Below, piece after piece: positions 36,831 to 50,949 of a stretch of DNA of 64,000 nt. The notes under the pieces were generated by a model. That model saw only the letters and a program-made list of their open reading frames with translations, did not search any database and was not told where the DNA came from. The first letter of the stretch is position 1. The number at the start of each line of letters is the position of its first letter. The position numbers and the translations under genes were made by a program. The stretch lies in NCBI RefSeq assembly GCF_001194135.2, contig NC_068981.1, positions 150,612,721-150,676,720 on the forward strand, in the 5' to 3' direction. Origin of the DNA: Octopus bimaculoides. Taxonomy: Eukaryota.

Positions 36831-39800
36831 TAAGAATAGGTAAGAACTTTTAACTTTTGCGTTAACCAAGTGTTAATACTTCTAGCAGGAATAGCAGTGA
36901 GTATGCATATATGGTAGAATACCATTCTGAAAGCTTCAGTTCCATCTCTATACAATTTAGGCTTAAAACTTGCAGGTGATGACTTGGTATTTCATTCCAG
37001 TAGGGTTAATAGAACAAGTATTAGTAATATATGCAGATTAATTCAAATTGATTATATTCATCCTCTAAAAAAATAAAACTGACCTTGCGCCTACGTAAGA
37101 CATCAATATTCATAGAAGGAAATGGGATGTGCTGTAGAAAAAAAAGTTCCTGAGATGAGAAACCTTTTTTTTTTTCTTTTTTATTATGGTTGAGAAAGGC
37201 ATGGATGCTACAACATTCTATGAAACTTCCCCTAAAAATGTAAGGTAATGTTACTAATCAGAAAAGAAATATATATTTCCAGAGGAAACAGAGGGATTAT
37301 TGTGTAGGTGATGAATAGATGAGTGGATAGATAATTAGATAGAAAGATATTTTAAATATACAGATAATATCAGCAAAAATTACTGCAAAAAGGAAATTTG
37401 AGATTAAGAAAGGTTCTATTCATTACGTTTTTAATATAGAATTTTAAAGATTAAAGCATTCTGGTCACTCCTTTTTGAAGAAATATAGATATAAATGTTT
37501 CCATTACCATTAATGCTACTATATACTTTTTAAAAATTTTATTGCTTTATTCTTTTTTTCTTACTGCATATACAATATTTATAAATATTTTGATTTCTTA
37601 AGAGTTTTTCCTAATGCCAACAACAAGCCTATGGATTAAAATATTTCATATTTTCTTTCAGACTGATTGACTGCAATACATAAAATCACATTTCCACCAA
37701 AATTATTTTACAAGACATAATCAAACTTTTCTGACACTTGCCATTAAGCATGTTTTTATGTGCAGTATTTGTCCTTTTTTGACTGTAAGTATTGCTCTTA
37801 GTAACTACCATTGAATGGGGAATAGAGATAACTGTATGTGGAAGCAGTCCAGATTTATTTTGAGCAAATTCTGATCTGTAGCAGGAGGAAAATATAAGCA
37901 GCTTGGAAATTATAAAAAGATGTTATTCTATTTTAATTTTTCTCATCAATTTTATATAGTAATTTGTGAAAAAATTGCAATTGGTTATGATTCCATCAGG
38001 TCAATTGCTAATTCACTGCATTTCTAAGAGTGAGAATAACAATAGTGCCATTAACTCACTACAGAACAAATATTGCAAAGGATTTCATTTGGAAAGCATC
38101 GGTTGTCATGATAATTTATATCTTCATTAAGATGTTCACTTAACCCAGTTCTAGGTATAGTTTTAGGGAGGCAGACCCACATATCATTCTCAATTAATTT
38201 GTTATACACAATTTAGTTATGGTTATAGACAATGTTGAAACATCTTGTTCATAATAAGTGGATCAGAAAAATGAAAGGCACCCACCACACATTTTCTAGA
38301 CACATGAGGTGCATTTAGTTTGTTGCAATTACTTCAAAATTACAGCATTTATAAAATTCATGTACCACCACAATTTCTTTTGCATATCTCTAAATGTATG
38401 CACAGCCTACTTTGAGAATCCCTGAGCTAATCAATACCAGCAAAACAGGTCTTGTTGCAAACTTAACAGTCTGGTATTCAGTTTCAATGAATAAATCATT
38501 ATCTTTTATTTACCATAATTACATCATTTTTATCCAAATATTAGTTCTAATTTCTTACTAATATACAAATGTAAATTCTCATCAAGCCTTAGCACTACAA
38601 ACATCAGTAATAACAAAGGTGTTGGCAAGTAATGGCTAATGCTATAACAACCTTTGTTCTCTATGTAAATAAACATGTTTTACTAATATAAGATTGTACA
38701 GATTTTTGCAGCTGTTTTAATGAACAAGAGACTTAGGATTTTATATTATTTCAAATTCTATTTATATAAAATTTTGGAGAAACTCATTAAAATTCTCAAT
38801 AGTCTTCAAATGAATATAAAATTCAATAATGTCCATGTCAAGACATAATTTCATAACTGTTTGTTTTAATATTAAAAATCAGTAGAGTATTATTGTTTAC
38901 TCTCTTCTTCAACCCAGACATAATATCATCTCTTAGAAGATGGACAGCCAGTACTGATTTAATATAAAATAATTAAATAATGGACTTTCAAGCTATAACA
39001 GAAGTTCTATAAAATAACAGCCAAATTTCCTTCAAAATATACTCTGTTATCTTAATAATGGATGCATTAGGTAAATGTAGTCATGGGCACACTATGCCTG
39101 TAGGAATAAAAAAAAAATGGGACAATCATAGTTGGAATAGTTTGAATACCTGCTTGATCAGGTCAACTTTCAGGATAAGCAATAGTAACAATGAAATTTT
39201 AGGAAATTGCAGCTCCATTTTAACATTTCAATTATCAAATAAGAAGAGGTCAAAATTTAACTCAAAAGAATTAAACCAATTTACTCTGCTTCAGTCTTCT
39301 ACATCACCTGAATAATATAAATTCATTTACACTTCTGACTTAAGAACATATTTTATATCAGGAATCTCTCCACATCTCCAATTATGTGATATTTTCATTA
39401 ATGCTGACCCCTTTCAGTGCTAGTAATGCTGAATGTGTACAAATGATTACATAGTTAAAAAATAATTAATTAACAGAATAAATTATCTATCCACAGAAAT
39501 ATGAAAAATGAAATATGGAAAATGTTTTAAGAACTCAAGCATCAAACATTTTATTCATACATTTAACGGGAGAAAAATAAATGTGGGGAAGAAAATTGTT
39601 GGCTGAAACCATTTTTGTTGATAAAAGGTGAAAAATATTATCATTCTTGATAATCTACAATATATATTCACAAATGAGGAATATTCCCCAAAATTGAAAT
39701 AAAATATAATTAGAAGTGTTTAATTATTTACAGCATAATCCAAGATTGAGCTAAATAAATATGTTAAATTATAAAGAATCTGAGGAGAAATGAGGCAAAA

Positions 39801-40599
39801 TAGCTGTGGTATTCAAAATCCATGAAATAATAATTAGCAGATTCACATTGCACATAATGGAACAAGAAAATGGGTTATTTTGACCAGTATAGATGCTACT
39901 AGGTTAGAGAAACACAGATAGATTATCAAAAAGACTGCTTTACTCAAGACCAAAAGCAAACTTCTGAAGTGCATGAGAACTGAACAAAGTTTAAAAAAAT
40001 GAAAATGAAATAAACTAAAACAATAAAATCTCTAAAATAAAGGGATAATGCAAAATAAGAGACAACTTAAAAGGGGATTCTGGGAGGAAGCAGTGTGCTT
40101 AGTGATTTAAAAACAGATCTACATAATGCAAACATTTAAGGAGAAATACAAGCACAAGTAAAATGACGTCTACTAAAGGATAACATATCACATGCATAAG
40201 GCATGCCCCCATCTTGAAGAAGTATCAGTTATGATATGATCTTGCATAGTCAGATATGATTTTGGGACTGATACAGAAGATAAAATATAATAGTAATACA
40301 GCAACGATGTGCTTTACTCTCTACTTTGGATCAGCTTTCAGATAAATCGTACTTTTTTAAGGGAATTTCTTTTTTTCAAAATTACACCCTTTCTTTCTTC
40401 TCTTATCTCAGTTACTCTATTGTTATGAGTTTTGGTTTTATCACAGAATATTGCTAAAATGAGATTATTAGTATTAAGATTATGCATGTGCATGTATGTG
40501 TGCGTATATATGTATATATACACAAAAGTATTTCTGTGTATCTCTCTCTTTCTCTTTCTCTCTCTCTATCTATCTATCTATCTCTCCCTGTAGTTATAT

Positions 40600-41090
40600 A
40601 TCATCTTCATCACTTTACATCCTTTTCCCATGCTAACATAGGTTAAATAGGTCTGCCACAGAGTCAAACGCAGTATGACTGATCAAACCATTCATGAGGT
40701 TCAACAGCTTGAGATCAGACAACACAGACACTATCTACATTTTTTCATCCAACCAGTGCAGTCATCTCCCTTAGACACTATGGCAGATTCAATTCATCTA
40801 CTTCCTTTGTTTATGCATGCATGCTGACATTATACAACTAAATGCAGTATGGGATTAGCACTTTTCTTTGTATCCTTCGCATATCCACTGTATTCAGTGC
40901 ACGTGGCATGCTATAATGCAATATTACACTCTACAAACATCTGTCATAAAACCTGCCCTTCATTTAGAGAGAGAATTCTTTTGTTATCAACTGAATTAAT
41001 TGTCACTTGAACTTTTTCCACTCCATCCTAACTCTGGACAATATACTTTCACAACACCCGCTTTCTCTGCTGATAAGGTCACCTATGTAA
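40600..41090 (-). mobile_element. Old RTE-like LINE remnant
   Basis: Tail-like start (TTTTCCCATGCTAACATAGG) and weak similarity to the other RTE 3' ends. Confidence 0.4.
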
Positions 41091-44000
41091 GATAACAACT
41101 ATTACCAGTGAACCCTCTAGGCTGTTGAAAAATTGCAATACATAAGAGAATTTAGCTAAATTCTAATTTTATTTTTTTTTTTTTATCTTGCTTTAACATT
41201 CAATGTCATAAATTCTATGATACTGTTTTACAAATGTTTTTTTCTTACAGGAGTGATGCAATAATTTATTGTTTATATGATAGAGAATTCTTGAAGAATG
41301 AGTAAAACTATATTATTCACAATCTGTACCTAAAAATGGTTTGAACGTCTATTTTTTAATTGTTACTTTAGTATTAGAGTAGTGTGTTTTGTTATATAAA
41401 ACAATTTGGTTAGAGAATTAGAGGCAGAATATTAAGTTAGTAGGAGTATAGTGTTTAATATTAATGAGTAGTGAAATATTTATTAATCCTATATGTCAGG
41501 AGGATCCAACATAGGTAAAAGTGACTGGTCAATGTGAATTTCAAACAACACAGAAGTTAATCAGTAAATAGAAAATAAAATCACTTTTGGTGAATAGCTA
41601 AACAAATGAAATGCATAATCAGAGTTCTTATCAGATATAATGAAAGACTACACAAATTTTTGATTGGCTAAAAGAAATTTGATCGAAAATGTTTTCATGG
41701 GATACACTGGATAACTATGTTGAGACTAGAAAATTTGCTCAATAAATCTTTTGGTTGATTAGAATAAATTATCATAATAGTGTTTACTCTCATCACAGAT
41801 GTATAACCAAAGCTCTGATTTAATAATTAGAAGGGATAACTAGGGTGGTTTTAATTACACAGAAAGAAAAGCTCAGTGTTTTGACTGGTCAAAGAGAATG
41901 CTGCAAAAGCTGTTCATTTAACAACAGTGAACAGCTGGAACAGTTTTTGATAAATTCGATGAATATCTTGAGAAGTATTTTGACTGATTATTGTGAAAAA
42001 TTAAAGCAGTGCTCATATATATATATGCTACAAGAAATAACTAGCACAGTGTTTGCTGTGAATAACATAAATACTTGAAGCTGTATTTGCTTAGTTACAA
42101 TGAGTAGCTATATCTTTGATTGGTTTAAGTGAACAACAGAATCAACACTGATTGGTTACAATATACAACAGTAGTAATAACATTATCTAGTCATAGTTAA
42201 CCAAAGCAAAAGTATGTGTTGGTTATGAGGAACTAAAATAGCTATATTAGTAGTAGTAGTAGACTACATTAATATTGATTATTTTTACAATCAACAACAT
42301 ATACAATGTTGATTGGATACATGTGAATTACAAAAGCAATATTCTTTGGTTTTAGTGAAAAAGCTAGACTGGTTACAGAGTGAACTACTTCTAACACAAC
42401 AGAGCAACAGCGGTGAGATAAAAAGACAAAAATAAAAAGAACACATGTAAATTTTATTTTAACTATCGTTAAAATTTTCATGATAAAATTATATCAAAGT
42501 ACAACTTAAAGATATTAATAAAAAATGTTTAATATGTAGTAAACGTTACTTATTACATATTTCTGTCAAAAGCTTAACTTATAGTAAACCTAATATTGAA
42601 TTACAGTTAAGTAGATAATTCTAGAATCAAAACATTATCCAAATTTTTATACACCCATTCTAAACGTCTTTAAAATTGTGTGTGTGTGTGTGTGTGTTTG
42701 TGTGTGCGCGCGTGTGTGTATATATAGAAGAGAGAAGGGGTATTTCTATGAGATTCTAATTGAAATGGCAATTAGACCTATTTACTATTCCTTTTGACAT
42801 GGCTTAGCCAGAGAAGGCATGGCAGGATTCATGTTTTTTTTACAGGGCTTCCCACTCTGGTGGAAGAAAGGGAGGAAGTTACCTTCAGACTAGAGACGTG
42901 GCCAGAAAGCTTTGTAATACAGTATACTCCACTAAAAGCACTGAAGGGCTACGTGGTAATTAAACCAGGTAATAGATAAGACTGCCATTCAAGAACAGGA
43001 AGAGTCATAGGTATTAAAATATTTTTTATTAAGTTACATATAAGTTTCTGATATAGCAGGAATTAGCAAATCCTATATTAAAATCTAATCACACTAAAAA
43101 CGTCCGTCAATCCACATTTTACAGATGCCTGCTTGCAGATGGAGCTGCTTTGGGGTTTATCCAGAGTATTTCTTTCAATCTTTCCCCAATGAAGCTTACC
43201 ACACCTGGACACTCCTGGAGAGCAAAACTGTTTACAACTGATGACATACAATAAATTTTAGAAAATTCTGATGAAGTCAACAGGAAGTTGATTGAAACAT
43301 ATCTAGAAAACGACTTGCCAGTTGAAGATAAAAGATTTCCAAGCTGTGATAATAATACACATCCAATAAGGGGACATGGTTCACAAGCTAGAGTCATAGT
43401 AGCTAATGTAGTAATGAAACAAATCTTGAATTAAATTTTGAATTGGAAGCAGCTCCAATTATGTATTACATGGTCGTACATACATAGAGTATATGTTTTA
43501 CTTATATGCCAACTTGCAGCAGGATAGTTTCTTGGGAAAGCTTGATCTTGGAGGGGGTATTCCCTGGGATAGTATCCTGCAGCAAACTGGTGCATAGACA
43601 AAACACATACACTATATATGTGTGACATATAATTTTTGAAATATCTAATTAATTAATACTACTCATGCAGTGAGAAGTAAACATTTAGCACAAATATTAA
43701 TTTAATTTTCTCTTAACAAATATGAATGACAACTATGGATATGTTTCAGTTTTACTGGACCTCCTCAACAAAACGTATCCTTCTCTGTAGTTGCTAGATT
43801 AGTGTTAAGAGAATCCCAATAATGTACACAAGTTGGTGTTAAACATTATCATGATGACTGAGGGAAATTACTTAGAGAAGCCTATTGAATGTCATGTAAC
43901 AATCAAGTTAAGATTATCATACTTATTGTGGGAAGAAAGCAGCATCTGAACCAGATGAACTATGAATCACTTAATAAAACAAGAAACTCACAATTTAGCC

Positions 44001-44145
44001 ACAATGGAAAAGAGAAAATAATAAAGTCAGAACTAATTTATTTTATCTTTTGAGGTAAATGGACAGCGATACATACAAACATGAACACACACACATACTA
44101 TATGTGTATGTATATATGTGTGCGTGTGTGTATTATATATATAAT

Positions 44146-45270
44146 CATCATCATCATTTAACGTCCATTCTCCACACTAGCATGGGTTGGACGGTTTGAC
44201 TAGGGCTGGTAAGCTGGAAGGCTGCACCAGAATCCAATCTGATTTGGCATAGTTTTCTATAGCTGGATGCCCTTCTTAACACTAACCATGCTGAGAGTGT
44301 AATAGGTGCTTCTATGCGCCACCGGTATGAGTACCATTTGCATGACACCAGTATCTGCCACATCTGTGATTTTGCAAGGCTTGATGGGTCTTTTCAAGCA
44401 TGATATAATGCCAAAGGTCTCAGTCACTGCCTCTGTGAGGCCCAACACTTGAAAGGAGCTCAGCCACTTTGTCTCCCTGGGGCCTAATGCACGAAAGGAA
44501 CTCAGCCAATTTCCCTCCGTGAAGCCCAACACTCGAAAGGTGCGCTTTATATGCCACTTGCATAGGTGCCAGTTACATGACACCAGCATCAGCCATGACT
44601 ATGATTTCACTTGGCTTGATGGGTCTTCTCAAGCACAGCATATCGCCAAAAGTTCTCTGTCACAAGTTATTGCCTCTGTGAGGCAAAAAGTTTCAAGATC
44701 ATACTTCACCACTTTGTCCCATATCCTCTTGGGTCTACCTCTACAGTTAGAGATCAGCACGCCTTTACACAGTTGTCCTCATCCATACACATCACATGAA
44801 CATACCAGCATAGTCATCTCTCTAGTACACCATATTCGATGCTCCTTATGCCTAACTTTTCTCTCAAGATGCTTACACTGTTGAACATGCATACTGACAT
44901 TACACACCCAGCGAAGCATGCTGGCTTCATTTCTTTCAAGCCAATGCATGTTCTTGGCTGCCATGTAGCATATCTGTTCACACACAGGCATCACACAATC
45001 TGCCTTTCATTTTAAGAGATAGGCCCTTGTTGCTAGCAAAGGACGAGCTCTCTGAACTTTGACCAGCCTAATCTTATTCTCACAGCTATTCTCTTGGGGC
45101 ATCCACCTCCACAACTAACTTGGTCACCTAGATAGCAGAAGCTATCTACTAACTCTAGCTTATCCTCCTGGCAGTTGATGCATATTTTCAGTGCTTATTG
45201 TACCTGTGCATCTTCCACATACAAAAGCTAATTTCTCAGTTAAGCTTCCTCTGATATTGCTGCACTTTTC
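44146..45270 (-). mobile_element. RTE LINE 3' portion with 42-nt repeat
   Basis: KCSNIRGSLTEKLAFVCGRCTG, LERNEASMLRWVCNVS, tail ending (ATG)n; 42-nt units at 44429-44540. Confidence 0.85.
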
Positions 45271-45884
45271 TATTCTATGGTATACACCCCACTCCTCACT
45301 GAGTGGTAAGAACTTAGCTAAATACTTCTTTAATATACTGGACTCCAACTTCCCTCGTCAACATAAATATTACTCTATCTTTAATAGATCCACCATGAAG
45401 CTATCCTATTCCACTCCACACAACTTCGAGTTTATCATAGCAGCCTCTAATAAGCAAAAGCTTTCTCTCTACTATCAAAGCTCACACTGTAACAACTCTA
45501 AACACACGAGCGCCCAGCATGTACACAGCTACAGCATTGAACCCTATACGTTAAACCACAACCATAACCCAACCCATCCTACTAACACTACTCAGAATAC
45601 TACCACAACTTCCATCACCCTTACAGATAGAATAATTAACAACAACGATTGCAATAATAGCAATAATAGTAATAATAATACTAATAATACTAATAACTTA
45701 GACCTTTCTAACCTCTCCTCTGACAGTATTACCTTCTCCATTCCTGAAAATAATCTCCAAAATACACCCACTTGTAACTGTCGTCCTGGGTCCATCTACC
45801 CTCTACAAACCCACTGTAGAAGATTTAATGTAATTTATAAATGCACCATCCTCAATACATTACACAATTCTACAGCTATATATA
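45271..45884 (+). mobile_element. Penelope-like element fragment (RT thumb to GIY-YIG linker), truncated at the gap
   Basis: ILWYTPHSSLSGKNLAKYFFNILDSNFPRQHKYYSIFNRSTMKLSYST...TCNCR...YPLQTHC...NVIYKCTI matches the PLE WFNPP/HFP/IFNRNTVKVSYSC/CNCR/CPL/VIYKA pattern; open frame throughout. Confidence 0.8.
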
Positions 45885-45950
45885 NNNNNNNNNNNNNNNN
45901 NNNNNNNNNNNNNNNNNNNNNNNNNNNNNNNNNNNNNNNNNNNNNNNNNN
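45885..45950. other. Assembly gap (66 N) in a (TA)n tract
   Basis: N run. Confidence 1.
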
Positions 45951-45983
<33 letters not shown>

Positions 45984-46882
45984 ATCAACCATAAATTTTA
46001 AACAGTGATATGCAGCTCATCTTAGTTCTTTTAGATATGAGAAACAGTAAATCCACAACGCTCGCCAGTCACATACATCATCTCAAAAATAGAAATATTT
46101 CTGAAACTTTTTTCTCTCTTTCTTCCTTTCATTTTCTATTCCTGTTTTAAATTTGACCTATCTCTTCTTTCTCATCATACACATCTCTCCTCCTCACATA
46201 TATCCACAAATACTACCAAAACATTGAAAGTTTCGATGCCAAAGAGTAATTTGGGATGAAGAAATAAAATTCAATTACAATATTAATAATTAAAGAGGCT
46301 TACTAAGTCTATTATATTGTTAAATTAATGCACACATAACAGTGCCATACAGTACAAAAAGTACAATACAATAGGGTATGTAATGTACAGCAGATCTCTA
46401 TGTGATATCAATGCAGGAAATCAGGTCATATTAATTTAGGACATGATGAAATGCATCACAAATTAGTTTCTCATAACTACAACTTGTTTTTAATTATATT
46501 TAGTAATTAAAATTCCACTTAACCATAACATAAGACTAATGACAGACAGATTCTGGGTATAATTTTCTTTTAAAAGACAAGATTAATAATTAGGCATAGA
46601 TGGATGGTTAAGAAGTATGCTTCACAACCATGTAGTTTAGAGTGCAGTTCCAATGTGTGGAAAGTTAGCAAGTCCATTAATAGATTCAGTATATAGCCCA
46701 GGACAACAATGAAGGTAAATGAGTATCTCCTTGCAACATGCCTGATAGGCTGTTAAACTATTTGCTGTTGTCACCTGTGGTCACCATCTTGTTTCTTGTG
46801 CCTCAATACAGGGTTTCTTTGACCCAGAGTAAGTTGAGAGGTACAACTGTACACCACAAGTATTTTCATCATCATGTAAGTA

Positions 46883-47780
46883 CCTTGAGAGAAAAGTTGG
46901 ACCTAAGAAGCATCAGATGTGGTGTGCAAGAGAGATGACTGCGCTGGTATGGTCATGTGGTGAGAATGGATGAGGATAGCTGTGTGAAAAAGTGCCACAC
47001 CCTAGTGGCTGAGGGAACCTGTGGAAGAGGTAGACCCAGGAAGACCTGGGATGAGGTGATGAAGCACGACCTTCAAATATTAGGCCTCACCGAGGCAATG
47101 ACTAGTGACCGAGACCTTTGGAAATATGCTGTGCTTGAGAAGACACGGCAAGCCAAATGAGACCATAACCCATGGCCTATGCCAGGGGTGTAAACAGCCT
47201 ACTTATGTGTACCTTTCTTTCATTGGACACTAAACTCTGCTTGCGAAGACGTGTTGAGGCAAGTGAAATTGAAATTAAAATCAAATTCGATGACAGCACC
47301 ACACGACTGGCATCTGTGCGAGTGGAGCACTAAGAGCACCATCCGAGCGTGATCGTTGCCAGAGCAGCTGACTGGCTTCAACACCGGTGGCACGTAAAAA
47401 GCACCATTTGAACATGATCATTACCAGCGTCGCCTTACTGGCACTTGTGCCAGTGACATGTGAAAAATATTTGAGCGAGGTCGTTGCCAGTGCCGCTGGA
47501 CTGGCTCTTGTGCAGATGGCACATAAAAAATACCATTTGAGTGTGGCCGTTGCCAGTACCGCCTGACTGGCCCTTGTGCCAGTGGCATGTAAAAACACCC
47601 ACTACACTCTCAGAGTGGTTGGCATTAGGAAGGGCATCCAGCTGTAGAAACTCTGCCAGATCAGATTGGAGCCTGGTGCAGCCGTCTGGTTCGCCAGTCC
47701 TCAGTCAAATCATCCAACCCATGCCAGCATGGAAAGCGGACATTAAACAATGATGATGATGATGATGATGATGATGATGT
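46883..47780 (+). mobile_element. RTE LINE 3' end, relatively young, with full tail
   Basis: LREKLDLRSIRCGVQER*LRWYGHVVRMDEDSCVKKC...GRGRPRKTWDEVMKHDL...VLEKTRQAK*, then ~60-nt subrepeats and (GAT)n. Confidence 0.9.
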
Positions 47781-47865
47781 CTCTGTGCACTGAATAAGAA
47801 AGAAGTGTTTTTGAAATGGATAAAACAGCACCACTGTCAGGTTACTATTTTTCATCTCAATGATC

Positions 47866-48069
47866 TTAACTCTTTAGCATTCTGATTACTCTGTTCAATG
47901 TAATATTCATTTATTCAGACTACCTTATAGATGTGAGATTTTGATGTGATGGTATATTTTTACAATGACATTGTAAACTAGGTGTGAGAAACTGGATTGA
48001 GCCAGTATGAACATAAAATAGGTAAAATATAAGAGTCAGATAAGGCCAGTTTAAATGCTAATGGGTTAA
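47866..48069. mobile_element. piggyBac-type MITE
   Basis: TTAA-CTCTTTAGCATT ... AATGCTAATGGG-TTAA; second copy at 55338-55536. Confidence 0.75.
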
Positions 48070-48640
48070 GGTCAATATCTAAGATACAATGCTCCTTATT
48101 GCACAAAAGCTGTTTTGATTTTTCTCCAAGTTCGGGTTGATTGCATCCCACTGATTCAGTATTATACAGCTGTACATCTTTATTTACAATGATACATCTC
48201 TGACTTATGCCACAGTTTTGGCACACTGCCAGATTTAGGCATTGGGAAGATGCTAGAGAGGGATTACAAGTCAACTTTGTTGTTTTACATCTGTACAATG
48301 TCTAGCATTATGTCATCAAATTCACAACACAGGCCTCTCTCTCATTTTATATATGTACACACACATTTGGCTCCAGCACAGTTTCCAAATGTTATTTATA
48401 AAGCATTAATCAACCAATTGTAATGGTAGAAAACTTGCTCAAGGTATTTCAAAGGGATTGAGTTCAGAAGCATGTGTAAAATTAGCTGCATAAGCCATGC
48501 CAGCAACTTTATAAATAAAAATTAGAACACCCCAGCTTGTAAATATTCTATAACAATGCTTTTCCAATATACATAGATTATAAACCAATGGTTGTTCAGT
48601 AAAGCATTATGTATATAATGCTATACATATACAAGAAAAT

Positions 48641-48681
<41 letters not shown>

Positions 48682-50949
48682 ACACATACAGAGAGAGAGA
48701 AACATGGGCCTCCATCCAGTCAGATTCTGTCAAAGTGTCCAATTCATACCAGCATAGAAAATGGGGACAAATTGATAATGATGATGATACATTATGACGG
48801 AAGATAACTGAATACCAACTATGATCATCACTTGTTAATGAGCTTCAAAGTGAAGATAACATTTTAGCCCAGCCAATAATCTGCAGCTTTTGCCATAGCT
48901 ATAGTATAAACGACTAGTCTCACTTTAATGCAATGCAGAATCATGACATTTGGCATTATACAAGTAATGTTCAATATATTATATATATATATATAGTTTG
49001 ATTGTTCAAGAGTTCAGTATATAATTTATTTTGTATAGCAATGAATTCAGATACGATCCAGTACATATACTATATTTACAAGAAAGGTCAAAATTGAGAG
49101 TGTGAAAATAATATAAAATAATTTAAGACATATTACTGATTTTAGATACTAAAAGTAGGGATTACATTATATTTGGAATTACATTGTACTTGAATAAATA
49201 TGTCATGTCTAGATTTAGTATGAGAGTTATCTAAATGTATGACAGATTTGTTCTAAGAATATCTAGGAATACCACCACTCAGCGAGTGGGTGGGTGGATA
49301 GATTGATGTATGGATGGATGGGTGGATGGATGGATGGATGGATAGTATGTATGCTTAAGAGTAGGTGTTGTTCTTGCTGTTGTTTAGCTCCATGTTGTCT
49401 CTGATTGAGGCAACCGAAGATTAAAGACATTGGACAATGTGATCCTATACACCATGTCTTTGGAAAAGATGAGACTGTCAAAACTATGTACAGCTGTGAA
49501 AGTATTCAGGCTGTTGTTTAACTTCAGGTCAGTATTGATCAAGACCATCTTGTCTTTTTGTATATCTACAATTACACAGTTGTATGTATCCTTCCAGGTT
49601 TTTAAACTTGTCAAGAGTAATTTGGTTACTCTTTCTAGCCTGTCAAATGACTGCATAGAAGCTCCCTCATTAGCTTTTCCTTAAAAGTGCAAGTATGCAT
49701 GGGTGTACAAATGCTACTGCACTATTTAGATGTTTCTTACTATGTATGTTTATGAAATGTATGCATGGACATGATTACATAGAATGATTATTATCCATTT
49801 ATTATATAATTGTGTAGGAGGATATAATTGTGTATATATGTGAGCTTGTGTTTATGAGTACAAAGGTATATGTAAGACTGTGTATGAGCATGTACATATA
49901 CTTGTACATATTTGTGAGAGCATACATTCATGTGTTGTATATTAGTATATGTGTCAGAAGAGGCAGCTATTGTGTGGGTGTGAATACAAGCAATCTCCTT
50001 GTCAGACACTTTAACATTACAAGCAACAAAACCACAACTTGAAGAAAATGTCAACATAGTTCTAGAGTCTAAACAGTCCAAATAAATGCTATTTCTAGCA
50101 TGGTTCTTAATTTGATCCAAAAATCAATAGCTAAATATTTCTCAACATCAGTATGATATTTAGTTGTTTAGTTGATTTAACGATCTTGGCTAAAACACTG
50201 GATTTGCCCACACAGGAAAAAATATTGATTGCAAGCACAGACACAAGGATTCAAATTTTGGGAGGAAAGCACAATCGATTAAGATCAGCCCCATTTCCAC
50301 AGAAGAGTTTTGTTTTATCAACCCAAGATGATGAAAGACAAAGTTAACCTTTACACAGTTCAGACTCACCATATAAAGGGCTGTAACTTTTACACAAAAC
50401 ATTTTGTTTGATGTTCAACCAATATTTGTCAATCTCAGAAATAATATTGATTTCTTACATTAGCACAAGCCCATAAATGTGATAGATGGGGGTGGCTATA
50501 GTTGACTGAATGAATCCTGCTATTTGACTGATATTTATTTTATCAAACTCTGATGGGTGAAATGTGAAGTTAGCTTGGGCCAGATTCAAACTGCTAGCAT
50601 AGTAAATATTGCCAAACATTTGGTCTTGTATGCTACCATTTCTGTAAAGCCACTTGTCAAGCCATACATTTCACTGATGTTAGATTCCAGTTGCAGGAGG
50701 CAGAGACTAAGAACTGCGAAAAGACTAATTTGGCACATCGCATGGAATAGGGAAATAAGTTAAGTTTGATAAGAGACAAATTATAAGAGCATGGAAGTAC
50801 ACCTGTCATGTGTGTGTGTGTATGTGCGTGTTTGTGTGTACAAATAGATATACGACTGCTACTGTTAAGTTCAGAGCAATATGAAGATTATCAGAGTATT
50901 GTCTACTTCGAGTATAGAATCTACTATTTCTAACATATCATAATCATCA

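Noticed and set aside
39274-39310. Minus-strand 23-nt segment with good-looking splice sites
   Set aside because: Stops in all three frames; it shows how often such patterns arise by chance here.
45191-45982. Longest ORF (263 aa) as a host gene
   Set aside because: It is a Penelope-like fragment fused to antisense RTE sequence and runs into an N gap.
49384-49656. 90-aa minus-strand ORF with protein-like composition
   Set aside because: No convincing splice sites or family motif, and it overlaps repeat-derived sequence at its end.
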